From IMG/VR virus record IMGVR_UViG_3300045988_122987: a stretch of 42,285 nt of DNA, one strand, 5' to 3'. This document shows positions 24,567 to 34,442 of the stretch, one piece after another. The stretch comes from a virus. The notes under the pieces were generated by a model. That model was not told where the DNA came from and searched no databases. It saw only the letters and a program-made list of their open reading frames with translations. Position numbers and translations under genes: made by a program. Positions within the stretch are counted from its first letter, which is position 1; every line of letters starts with the position of its first letter.

Positions 24567-27500
24567 ATGGGAACTTTTAATTTCAGTAATATGCAAGGTG
24601 GCCAACAGCAGGAAACTCAGAACATTCCGCGTGAATTTCGTCCTGCTGTTGAGCAGGCGAAAACGGAACCGGTCGGCTCTTACGGTAACAACAAAACAGG
24701 CTTCTGGGACGAGGTGAAGAATTTTTTCTCCGGTGCAGATGTTGATACCAGTGCCGGCTTTATTGATGAAACAGGAACATGGAACAATGGCACTAAACAG
24801 GAGCTTGCTAAATACTATCCTACACAAAAGAGTGCGGAAGAACTCGAAAAGGACAGATTAGGCTCTTTGTGGGACAGAGCGTATAAAAAATATCATTACA
24901 GCAAAGACGATGTACTGCTTGAAGCAAAGAAAATCAGCGCGGCCACAAACATCCCTGAAAATGCTATCCTGGCTAACGCTGATAATCTGGCCAACGCACG
25001 CAATGTATATAATTATCAGCAGAAGGCTATGGACCCGCAGGAAGTGTTTAAGGCCTACCCTGAGCTGAGCGAGCTGGCCAAGCTGAGTGATACCGACGCT
25101 GCTATTGCTCTGCATAACTTAAAGAACGTGCGCCAGACTCAGGGCATTATTGAAGCAGCTAAGACCGGCTGGGAGCTTGATAACCTGATGAGTGAGCGCG
25201 GCCGTATGGGCAACGGCAAAGAGCTGACGGATGCCGACATTGCACGTTTGGGAGAAATTGAAAAAGCACAGAAAAATTCTAAGGAACTGCCGGGACTTTT
25301 TGAGGACCCGATGAGTGCTATTGTAGGCGGCACAGTGCAGAGTGGCAAGATGATGCTGCGTAATGCTCTTAATGGCCAGAAGATGGGCGTATATGGCGCT
25401 GGCTTCGGCGCGCTTCTCGGCGGTATTGCCGGCGGCGGTGCAACGCTGGGTGCCGGTACTGCTGCAGGCGCGACCGCAGGTGCCAAGATTGGTTATAGTG
25501 TCGGCAGCCGTATCGGTATGGCGCAGGATATGTATGACGAAATCGCCGGCAACAACTACCTTGATTATAAAGGCTATAAGGATAAGCAGGGCAGGCAGCT
25601 GCTGACAGATAACCAGGCGCGCAGCTATGCTGCTGTAGCAGCAGCACTGGAAACCGGCATTGAATTTGCTAACGCAGATAAAATCCTGAACGTCATCAAA
25701 GGCGGTGCAGGTGCGCAGAGCATCAAAGAGATTATCAGCAGTGCCAAAGACAGCACGGAGCTGCAGAGCCTGCTTGCCGCATATCTGCGTGACAGTGCCA
25801 AGAACATCGGAACAGTGGCCATCTCTGAGAGCGCGGAAGAAGGCGTGCAGGAGATGAGCAACAGAATTATTTCTGATATTGCTGCAGCAAACAATCCCGG
25901 CGGTGATATCCCGACATATACGGCAAAGGACGTTATCGTTGGCGGCCTAGAAGCAAGCTGGCAGGCATTGCCTGCGTCTATTGGCTTTGGCGCTGGCGCA
26001 CATGGAGCAAGCACTGTATCGTTTATGCGTCGTGCATCCGCGGCGCTGCAGCTGAAAAGTGAAGAGCAGAAAGCTAACCTGCGTGATGCTAACGGCATAT
26101 CTATGCTGAGAAGTCTTGCTGAGGATATCAAAAATAATGCTTTGTTTAAAAAAGCTCCGGAAGTATATAACGAGGTACTGAATAATCAGCTCAAAGGCAC
26201 GGAGCTGGAAACTATTAACATAGATACAGAGTACGTTCTTAATCAGCAGGGCGGCTATGAGCTTTTGAAATCTGCAGCAAAGGCAGCAGGCATAGGCGAA
26301 CAGTATCTTAAAGACATCATCGATACTAAGGCAGACTTGAAAATCAGTACAGCAGATTATGTATCTAAGCTGCTGCCGACTGAAATCGGTGCTCATCTGG
26401 AAGACTACATCACATTCAGCGATATCAGCGAATGCCTGGCACGCAACAGAGAATATGCCGGCAGGATGCGCCGCGAGATGGACCGCATATTGGCATATGA
26501 GAACCGCCAGCGTGAAGATGCTTTGAATACCTACCTTGACAATAACTTCCATACTCCGGAAACCCGTGAGATAGCAGAGGCAGTATTGCGCCGCTTCCCG
26601 GATAATCCTAAGGAAGGCGTAAAGGAAATCAGAAAATCGCTGCAGGCCAAGATTGACGAGCCGCTTAATCAGATTATCGAAGAGCTGGAAAAGGGTATGG
26701 GTAACGGCGTAGCTGTAGTAGAAATCCCGGAATATGATAATCAGATGCGTGGCCGTGGTATCAAGGTAAGCAATAATGACCCTTGGTATCAACGCTACTA
26801 TAAAGAGAATAAGCATAAGCCCTCTAAGATGGAGCTGCGTGAGCTGGCGCGTGAGATTTGGACCGGCCACAACGAGTATGGACTCTTTGGCTGGGAAAAC
26901 CGCACTCCGGAAGATAACCAATGGTATGAGAATAACAAGGCATCCATGGAAGCAACGGAAGAAGCCATCCGCAGATTGGATGCGCTGACGCCTGCTCTGG
27001 AAGAAATAGATCCGGGCGAACTCTCTATTACTGAAGGCCTGAGCGAAGAAGGCTTTGAGGTATATCGTAAGCTGCGTGGCAAGCTGGAAGGCGCTGAAAG
27101 CAAAGAAGTGCGGCAGGCAGCACAGAAGAGGGCTATCCTTGCCGCACGAATGGCAGACCGTATGGCTGAGCTGCATAGACAGGTTGGCCATACTAAATAC
27201 ACTGCGCTTGATTATGCGCGTAGTATTGGGCTTATCAGAAGTGAAAGTGAAGCTGCGGAGCAGAAGTTTAATCAGGCCGCTATGCGTAAGGAAAATAAGC
27301 GTTATGTATTAAATGAAGATGGTAACGTCGATTGGGGAAATGTCAATGAATTTGTTGCCGATGATGGTACAACAATAAAAAAAGCACCCGTAAGGATGCA
27401 GATTGGATATCAGGTTGGCGCCGGTGATGCTGGAGCAGGTTATATTCATATAAAGAATAGACATACTGGATTTATAGAAGGGAAAGGATATAAGAATGTA

Positions 27501-30500
27501 AGTGATATTGTATATGATGTTTTGGAAAATGCAGATTTTGCTGTCAAATCTATATCTGCAGATGGACGGGAAAGGATAGCTTTAATAAGAGATTTAACTC
27601 CACATACAAGCATATTATTAGCTCTTGATTATACTGAGGAGGGCAATGATAGCTATTACACTATAGTTAGCATTATGCCGCAGTCAAAGAAGCAAACAAA
27701 AGAAGCAAAAGAAAAAGCATTATCTTTTGATGGGAGCGTTCGCCCATCGCCCGCTACCGGCAGCGGTGCCTTTTTCACTCCAACCGAAACAAAGGCCGGA
27801 ATCGAAGGAGGTTCGTTCGCTGGCAAAGATAATGCTTTTGATACTGTAAGTTTATCAGATGCTGACCAGTATGTCAATGAGTACACATACGACCAGAAAG
27901 CATGGCATGGCACGCCTTACAATTTTGAAAGGTTTGATATTGGCAAAATCGGCGATGGCGTTGGTGACCAGGTACATGGCTGGGGCCTGTACTTTGCTAA
28001 GGATAGAAAAATATCAGAGGCATACAAGGAAGTGCTGGGGGCTGACGCTGGCGCAGTAATTGTAGATGGGGTTACGTACAAAATTGATGAGGAGGGAGAT
28101 TGGGCAACAGCAGCAGGACAGAAGCTCATTGACAATGATCCGTTAGAATTTGTACTGGATACGTTTGACGCAATGACCGGAAACAAGAATAAGGAAAGGG
28201 CAATAAAAAGCTTAAAGGAAAGAATTGCTGGAACCAAAAGAACGGCTAATACAGAAAGCTATATTGCTAAACTAGAAGAAGCGATAAACATTATTGAAAA
28301 AGCTGACGTGAAGTACGAAAATACTTCACGCCTGCTGAAAGTGGAGGTTCCAGAAAACGATGTATTGCTAGACGAACAAAAGACTTTCATTAATCAGAAC
28401 AAAAATGTACAAGCACTTTTGAAAAATACTATAGAATCTTTGGATGATGCGCAGTCAATGAAGTTCTGGGAAAATCTGCTGAACTTTAAATTAAGAGCTT
28501 TTGATAATGCTGGCAAGGTTCAGTTTAAGATTGATGGCTTCAATAAATTAGCAGATGGCATTGGTAAGATTTTAGAGAGCAATTCTAATACATTTGGCTA
28601 TAGAACGCTTGCAAGAAGCTTGGAAAGATACGGATATAGCAAAGAAGAAATCGAAAAGCTAAAGTCAGATGGCGAATATCGTAATCAGGAACAACAGAAG
28701 CTCAGAAGTCAGGCTGCTGCTTTAGAAGAAGAATTAGAGCGTGCTAAAGCAGAAGATGCTGCTGCAAAAGAGGAGGTTATCAATCAGGCAAAAGCTGATA
28801 TTTCCGGTACTTTGGGGGGCATGTTTTCCGGCAACAAGATTTACGATGCTCTGGCGAAGGCTATGGGCGAAGAGGATTATAATTGGCGTGGCGCGTCTGA
28901 GCTGCTTAATGAGCACGGAATTAAAGGCATAGCTTACGAAGGTATGAAAGATGGCCGCTGCTTTGTCGTCTTCGATGATAAAGCCGTAGATATCATAGAG
29001 CGCTACAACCAATCTGCAGGCGAACGTGCTATGACGGCCAACATGGAGAAGCTGAAGGAAGCAAAAGAAATGCTGGCCAAAGATGCGGATATGGAAACCA
29101 TCTACAAAAAGACCGGCTGGCATCGTGGCGCTGATGGTAAATGGCGTTTTGAGATACCGGATAATTTGGATGAGATAGATGCTGCTAAATTTCCGGAAGA
29201 AGGATATGCTATACCGTTAGGAGAGATATATAATAATCCTAAACTGTATGAAGCTTATCCGTGGCTAGCTGACGTCATGGTTCAGTCTGAAGCTATGGAA
29301 GAGCAGACCTTGGGAGTAGCTGCTGGTGAAGGCTACATTGGCATAAACAGCAATCTGCTAGGAGACGGCATCAAGCAGGAGATAACCATAAACGGCATAA
29401 AGTATAAACGCATAGTAAGCAAGGATGGGGCTAAGGCCGGTAAGTTCTTTTCTCATGGTGATGAGTTCGTAGAGTATGCGCTTAATCATGGTATTAAAAA
29501 CAATACGTTTGACAAACAGGCCGCAGTGAATAGTTTGAAGGAGCTGATACAAGAAAAAGAATCTGTTATAGAAAAACTTAAAAGCAAAAATAATAATGGG
29601 CAGTTTAATAAAGGCATATTGGACAGACAAAAAGAATTAAACAAGATAAGAGGAGCGGCAGAGTTTGTTGGCAGAGCGGATATTGATTTTAATGAAGTCA
29701 AAAAAGCTGACAGAGATGTAGCAGCAGCTCACAAGAATTTAGCTGAAACTCTCATCCATGAAATCCAGCATATCATCCAGAATGCAGAAGGCTTTGCTGG
29801 CGGCGGTACTCCGGCCAGAGTCAATGAACAGATGAAGCGTCAGCTGCAGAAGTACGATGAAGAAATAGAACGCCTACATCCAAAAGGCAAAGAATATGTT
29901 ACGGCTATGCTCGAATATGACATAGCTGACTTTGAACATGACACCGGTGAAATTTCCGATGAGGATTTTACTGATATCAAAAATAAGGTTAAAGAGCTGG
30001 AAGACCAGATACCTGAAGAAAAAGTAAAGCGCCTGCAGGAAATCAAGGAGCTGCAGACAGATTTGCAATGGCAAGCTGAAGATGAAAACTCTGGCGATTA
30101 TGAAAAATACTTCCGTCTGCATGGAGAGCAGGAATCCAGAGTAGCATCAATGAAAGCACGGCTCTATACCATGGGTGCAAGCCAGGAAAGAATTGATAAC
30201 GAAGTGCTGAACGCTATCGATAATCCTATCATTGTATTTGGCGGCAGAAGCTACAGCATGGACTCTGATCAGCGCGGCTTATGGCAGCTCAAAGGCCAGA
30301 CTGCCTTTAAAACTACCGGCGAGAAGGTTATTTCTCTGTTTAAGGCTGCAGACCAGTCGACATTTATGCATGAGATGGCTCATATCTATCTGCACGATAT
30401 GCTGGCGCTGGCAGAATTACCGAATGCTCCGAAGCAGCTGCTGGATGACGTGGCCACGATTAACCGGTGGGCTGCATGGAACGATACGCAATTTGTCAAA

Positions 30501-33500
30501 GAGTACAAAGGCACTGCTATGGAGAGTGAATTTAAAAAGCTCAATGAGCAGATGAAAACTGCAGTTGCCAAAGGCTCCGTTGAAATCGAAGGCAAGAAAA
30601 TGACCTTGGAACAGATGCAGCGGCTCTGGATGCAGGAACGCTTTGCCCGTGGCTTTGAAAATTATCTGAAGAGCGGTGACGCACCTACAGAAGCAACGCG
30701 CAGTATCTTCCGGCGCTTCAAGCAGTGGCTGACTAAAATCTATCGTGCAATCAGCCAGATTGGCGGTGCTCCGTCCAAAGAGGTTAAAGCAGTTATGGAC
30801 CGCATGATTGCCAGTGAAGATGAAATCGACATTGCTATGAGGAAAAAAGGCGTAGATGATTTTGCCGAAAGCGGCGGCATGGATTATCTGGAAGGAAGCG
30901 CGGGGGACGTATATCGCCGTATGGTAGAGCGCGCCAAGGCTGATGCTGAGGAAAAGGTGCTCAAAATAGCACTGAAGGACGTCAAGAAAGATTATCGGCA
31001 GCAGGAAAAGGAACTGTTTGCGCGTGAAGAAGCGGAATACCGAGAGAAGCTGGCCGCAGAACCGGTGTTTATTATCCAAGAACATATCAAGAACAACCCT
31101 GATATCAGCAGGTCTGATATTTGCGAAAGACTTGGCATGGACGTGGAAGATTATGTCAAGCAGCTTAAAGAGTATGGCAGCTTGGATGCTGCAGTAAAAG
31201 CTCATATGGAAGAGTTTAAGGAGGGGATAGATAACAGCGGCATAGATGCTAAGTATTTCCGCGAACGCGCGGAAGAAGTCGTGCAGGAAAGCAAATACCG
31301 TAAGCTGGCCACGGCGATGGAGCTGGAAGCGTTTGAGCGCATTGCCAAAAAGCAGCGTAACCTGACTACCCAAATAGAGGCCGACGGCAAGAATGATGCT
31401 GCAGAAAAAGGCGTCATTAAGACGGTAGACAAGATGACCAGGCAGAGCAAGCAGATAGAAGAGCTTACTGCAGAAACAAAGGGACTGAAGCAGGATAAAC
31501 GTGAACTGCTTGCTAATGTGCGTGGCCTGCGTGATGCAGCACTCAGTCATTACAAGGACTATGTGCAATTCGTTGAGATGAAGCTGGAGGTTATGCCTAT
31601 TGAGGACGCCAACAACTACCAGATGTGGCGCAGAAAGTCGGCGCAGGCGCAGTACAATTCTGAGCAATCTCTTGTAAAAGGCAACTGGGATAAGGCCGTC
31701 AAATACAAACAGGCTCAGCTGATCTATGACATGTTTGCTGACAGAGCTGTCCGCAACGCCAAGCAGATCAAGAAGATTGAAGATGGCCTGAAGCGTAAGC
31801 AGCAGACTATCAGCAAGGCGAAGAACATATCTGCAGATGAACGTTATGCGTATAATCATCTTATGTATGTGTTTGGCTTTTCTGACGCAGACGCGCCGGT
31901 ACCGCCGCATTATGAGGGCATCATGGAAGTGCTGATGAAAGCAGATGCTACAAGGGAAGAAGGCGGCCTGATGCTGGAGTCTCCGTTCTTCGGACCGGAT
32001 GGCCAGACAAATCTCCCTGAATGGTTCCTGCAGGCGGCGATGAACAGCAATAAACGTAAAGCAGGGCATAAGGATTTGAGCAATATGCAGGTTGATTTGG
32101 TGGCACAGGTTATGCATATCATCTATAAGCGCGGTATGGATAATATGAAGCTGGCCACGATAAAAACCAAGGACGGCAGAACCCTGACTGTTGACGAAGC
32201 AGTTGCTGAGATTGAAGGGCAAGTGCGCCAGCGTATGATAGAACTCGCTAACGCTGACCCGACTGGTGCCAATAAAAACAGATGGCAGGATGACGCTGCA
32301 AACTTTATAGACCAGGCTGACAAGTTACTGATTAAGCCGGAGGTGGAGCTGAAAAAGCTGGGTGATGTGGCGCTGCGGTATATCTACAACCCGCTGAAGG
32401 AAGCTGCAGACAAAGAGCTGAAGATGGCCGTGAATATGCAGAACAAATTAAAAGGACTGTTTGATGCTTACTCTCCCGAGGAACTGGCAGATATGCGTAA
32501 CAAACGCCGCTATAAATTTGGCTCATCGGTTATTACCAAGGAGCAGGCGATTATGATTGCGCTTAACTGGGGCACTGAAACGAACCAGCAGCGCGTTCTG
32601 GACGGCTATCACGTCAACGTAGCGCAGGTTAAAAATGTGCTGCAGTATCTGGATGAACGCGACTGGAACCTCGTCAACAGTATCTGGAAACTCTACGATA
32701 TACATTGGGACCAGATAAGAGAGATTGAAGCACGCATGACCGGTGCCGTGCTACAGAAGCAGGAAGCCAAAGGCTTTGTTGTTGTCGGGCAGGACAGAAA
32801 AATCTATACCTTGGATGGCGGCTACTTCCCTATTAAATACGACCTGCGGGATTTGCGTACGCAGGAGCAGGCTGATGCTGCACAGCAATCGGCAATGAGC
32901 AATATTGCAATGTCTTTAGGCAAGGGCTTTCTGAAAGAACGTACTCAGCATAAGGTTGAGCGCAGGCTGGATCTTAGGTTTGAAGTTATCAGCGGCAGCA
33001 TTACTGACGTTATCCATTTGGTAGCATTCCGTGAACCGGTACGCGACGTGCGCCGCATTGTACTCAATGAGAATTTCAAAAACCTTGTCTACAATTACCT
33101 CGGCCAGAACGCTTACAAAAATCTGAAAAAGTGGACCAGCGATTGTTGGGCGGAAGAACCGATACCGAGGACGGCCTACGAAAAGGGCATGGCCAAGCTG
33201 CGTAACGCTCAGACAATGGGAACCATGGGCTTCAGGGTAACAACAGCGCTGCTGAATATCGCTAACGTTCCGAGCGTAGCTCATTATATGGGCGCGGCTG
33301 AGCTGCTGCACTCGCTAAAAAAGTTTTACAGTGCCCCGCGTCGATATACGGACTTTGTTTTCCAACGCTCTGTATTCATGGCGGAACGTGCGGAAACCAT
33401 GGATGCCAGCATCCATGATGCGCTGAAAGGGCCTAATATCTTGGAAGGTATTCTGGGCATTGGTAAGGCTGGCGAGGTTATCAAAAACAACGCGTTTAAG

Positions 33501-34328
33501 ATGATAACCTGGACAGATCTGATGCTGGCATTGCCGCTTTGGCAGCACGAATACGAAAAGACCTACAATGCAGAGGTGGATGCAGGACGTTCGCCGCAGC
33601 AGGCGAGGGAAGCAGGCGTAAATGCCGGCGATGCTGCAGTGCGCTGGTGCTTCGGCAGTGGCCGTACGGTAGATAAAGCTGCTATTCAACGTAAGGGCAG
33701 CGAGCTGATGAAGCAGCTTACTATGTACTACAGCTATAACTCTACAGTATATAATGCTCTCAATTATAAATTATGGGAAGCAAAGGTAGGCTATAAGAAG
33801 GCTGTAGCGGCAAGCGCAAAGAATAAAAGCATGGCTCTGATGAAAGCTGTAGCTCATGCTGGCGATGCGCTGCTGATGTGGGTACTGCTGCCGGCAGTTA
33901 TCTCGGCGCTGCTGCGTGCTGGCGCAAGCGGTGACGATGATGACTGGAAGATTGAAAAGCTTATCAAGAGCATGGGACAGGAATCTCTTACAGGCATCGT
34001 CGGTGGCATACCAGTGCTGCGCGATGCTGTCCCTTACTTTATGGCAAAGGTGTTTGATGAGCATCAATTTGCTCCAAAAATTCCTATTCAGAATACCATT
34101 GAGCAGACAAACAGAGTTATCCAAAGCGCTGTTAGTGACAAGAAAACTATCAGCGATACGCTGCGGGAGATGGGCAAGCTGACAAGCCAGGTTACCGGAG
34201 CACCCAGCACGTTGATGGATAGCTTTACAACAACGCTGCAGTATCTGGAAAGTGGCTTCGATGAAAGCGTTGCGGATTATCTGCGCGCCTTGATCTTTGA
34301 TAAAAAGCTGAAGAAAAATCAAAAATAG
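24567..34328 (+). CDS. Giant polyvalent internal-virion/ejection protein, 3253 aa, in the T7 gp16 position.
   Basis: It is a single uninterrupted ORF. A glycine-zipper hydrophobic segment GVYGAGFGALLGGIAGGGATLGAGTAAGATAG lies at about 25383-25520. Two HExxH motifs are present, LIHEIQHII (about 29755) and FMHEMAHIYLHD (about 30369). Long coiled-coil stretches and a C-terminal hydrophobic segment LLMWVLLPAVISALL are also present. Several internal AT-rich islands occur. Confidence 0.75.
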   Translation: MGTFNFSNMQGGQQQETQNIPREFRPAVEQAKTEPVGSYGNNKTGFWDEVKNFFSGADVDTSAGFIDETGTWNNGTKQELAKYYPTQKSAEELEKDRLGSLWDRAYKKYHYSKDDVLLEAKKISAATNIPENAILANADNLANARNVYNYQQKAMDPQEVFKAYPELSELAKLSDTDAAIALHNLKNVRQTQGIIEAAKTGWELDNLMSERGRMGNGKELTDADIARLGEIEKAQKNSKELPGLFEDPMSAIVGGTVQSGKMMLRNALNGQKMGVYGAGFGALLGGIAGGGATLGAGTAAGATAGAKIGYSVGSRIGMAQDMYDEIAGNNYLDYKGYKDKQGRQLLTDNQARSYAAVAAALETGIEFANADKILNVIKGGAGAQSIKEIISSAKDSTELQSLLAAYLRDSAKNIGTVAISESAEEGVQEMSNRIISDIAAANNPGGDIPTYTAKDVIVGGLEASWQALPASIGFGAGAHGASTVSFMRRASAALQLKSEEQKANLRDANGISMLRSLAEDIKNNALFKKAPEVYNEVLNNQLKGTELETINIDTEYVLNQQGGYELLKSAAKAAGIGEQYLKDIIDTKADLKISTADYVSKLLPTEIGAHLEDYITFSDISECLARNREYAGRMRREMDRILAYENRQREDALNTYLDNNFHTPETREIAEAVLRRFPDNPKEGVKEIRKSLQAKIDEPLNQIIEELEKGMGNGVAVVEIPEYDNQMRGRGIKVSNNDPWYQRYYKENKHKPSKMELRELAREIWTGHNEYGLFGWENRTPEDNQWYENNKASMEATEEAIRRLDALTPALEEIDPGELSITEGLSEEGFEVYRKLRGKLEGAESKEVRQAAQKRAILAARMADRMAELHRQVGHTKYTALDYARSIGLIRSESEAAEQKFNQAAMRKENKRYVLNEDGNVDWGNVNEFVADDGTTIKKAPVRMQIGYQVGAGDAGAGYIHIKNRHTGFIEGKGYKNVSDIVYDVLENADFAVKSISADGRERIALIRDLTPHTSILLALDYTEEGNDSYYTIVSIMPQSKKQTKEAKEKALSFDGSVRPSPATGSGAFFTPTETKAGIEGGSFAGKDNAFDTVSLSDADQYVNEYTYDQKAWHGTPYNFERFDIGKIGDGVGDQVHGWGLYFAKDRKISEAYKEVLGADAGAVIVDGVTYKIDEEGDWATAAGQKLIDNDPLEFVLDTFDAMTGNKNKERAIKSLKERIAGTKRTANTESYIAKLEEAINIIEKADVKYENTSRLLKVEVPENDVLLDEQKTFINQNKNVQALLKNTIESLDDAQSMKFWENLLNFKLRAFDNAGKVQFKIDGFNKLADGIGKILESNSNTFGYRTLARSLERYGYSKEEIEKLKSDGEYRNQEQQKLRSQAAALEEELERAKAEDAAAKEEVINQAKADISGTLGGMFSGNKIYDALAKAMGEEDYNWRGASELLNEHGIKGIAYEGMKDGRCFVVFDDKAVDIIERYNQSAGERAMTANMEKLKEAKEMLAKDADMETIYKKTGWHRGADGKWRFEIPDNLDEIDAAKFPEEGYAIPLGEIYNNPKLYEAYPWLADVMVQSEAMEEQTLGVAAGEGYIGINSNLLGDGIKQEITINGIKYKRIVSKDGAKAGKFFSHGDEFVEYALNHGIKNNTFDKQAAVNSLKELIQEKESVIEKLKSKNNNGQFNKGILDRQKELNKIRGAAEFVGRADIDFNEVKKADRDVAAAHKNLAETLIHEIQHIIQNAEGFAGGGTPARVNEQMKRQLQKYDEEIERLHPKGKEYVTAMLEYDIADFEHDTGEISDEDFTDIKNKVKELEDQIPEEKVKRLQEIKELQTDLQWQAEDENSGDYEKYFRLHGEQESRVASMKARLYTMGASQERIDNEVLNAIDNPIIVFGGRSYSMDSDQRGLWQLKGQTAFKTTGEKVISLFKAADQSTFMHEMAHIYLHDMLALAELPNAPKQLLDDVATINRWAAWNDTQFVKEYKGTAMESEFKKLNEQMKTAVAKGSVEIEGKKMTLEQMQRLWMQERFARGFENYLKSGDAPTEATRSIFRRFKQWLTKIYRAISQIGGAPSKEVKAVMDRMIASEDEIDIAMRKKGVDDFAESGGMDYLEGSAGDVYRRMVERAKADAEEKVLKIALKDVKKDYRQQEKELFAREEAEYREKLAAEPVFIIQEHIKNNPDISRSDICERLGMDVEDYVKQLKEYGSLDAAVKAHMEEFKEGIDNSGIDAKYFRERAEEVVQESKYRKLATAMELEAFERIAKKQRNLTTQIEADGKNDAAEKGVIKTVDKMTRQSKQIEELTAETKGLKQDKRELLANVRGLRDAALSHYKDYVQFVEMKLEVMPIEDANNYQMWRRKSAQAQYNSEQSLVKGNWDKAVKYKQAQLIYDMFADRAVRNAKQIKKIEDGLKRKQQTISKAKNISADERYAYNHLMYVFGFSDADAPVPPHYEGIMEVLMKADATREEGGLMLESPFFGPDGQTNLPEWFLQAAMNSNKRKAGHKDLSNMQVDLVAQVMHIIYKRGMDNMKLATIKTKDGRTLTVDEAVAEIEGQVRQRMIELANADPTGANKNRWQDDAANFIDQADKLLIKPEVELKKLGDVALRYIYNPLKEAADKELKMAVNMQNKLKGLFDAYSPEELADMRNKRRYKFGSSVITKEQAIMIALNWGTETNQQRVLDGYHVNVAQVKNVLQYLDERDWNLVNSIWKLYDIHWDQIREIEARMTGAVLQKQEAKGFVVVGQDRKIYTLDGGYFPIKYDLRDLRTQEQADAAQQSAMSNIAMSLGKGFLKERTQHKVERRLDLRFEVISGSITDVIHLVAFREPVRDVRRIVLNENFKNLVYNYLGQNAYKNLKKWTSDCWAEEPIPRTAYEKGMAKLRNAQTMGTMGFRVTTALLNIANVPSVAHYMGAAELLHSLKKFYSAPRRYTDFVFQRSVFMAERAETMDASIHDALKGPNILEGILGIGKAGEVIKNNAFKMITWTDLMLALPLWQHEYEKTYNAEVDAGRSPQQAREAGVNAGDAAVRWCFGSGRTVDKAAIQRKGSELMKQLTMYYSYNSTVYNALNYKLWEAKVGYKKAVAASAKNKSMALMKAVAHAGDALLMWVLLPAVISALLRAGASGDDDDWKIEKLIKSMGQESLTGIVGGIPVLRDAVPYFMAKVFDEHQFAPKIPIQNTIEQTNRVIQSAVSDKKTISDTLREMGKLTSQVTGAPSTLMDSFTTTLQYLESGFDESVADYLRALIFDKKLKKNQK

Positions 34329-34371
34329 TCATTTTGTACTTTACAAAACGGCCTGAAAGCCGTGGTAAAAT
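34329..34371 (+). promoter_or_regulatory. Late promoter element, copy 3.
   Basis: GTCATTTTGTACTTTACAAAACGGC-9 nt-GTGGTAAAAT. It begins immediately after the stop of the giant gene. Confidence 0.6.
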
Positions 34372-34394
34372 ATTATTGTCAATAAGTATGTAAA

Positions 34395-34426
34395 AAGCCC
34401 TGGCTGATGCCGGGGCTTTTGCTTTA
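34395..34426 (+). terminator. Leader hairpin with U-tract downstream of late promoter copy 3.
   Basis: The stem is AGCCCUGGC-UGAU-GCCGGGGCU, followed by UUUGCUUUAU. Confidence 0.5.
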
Positions 34427-34442
34427 TGGAAAGGAGCAGAAG

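Noticed and set aside
30417-32222. A 601-aa minus-strand ORF, along with the 25947-27191 and 12610-13542 minus-strand ORFs.
   Set aside because: All are embedded antisense within the giant gene or terL. Their composition is L/F/C-rich and unlike the rest of the genome, and they have no ribosome-binding sites.
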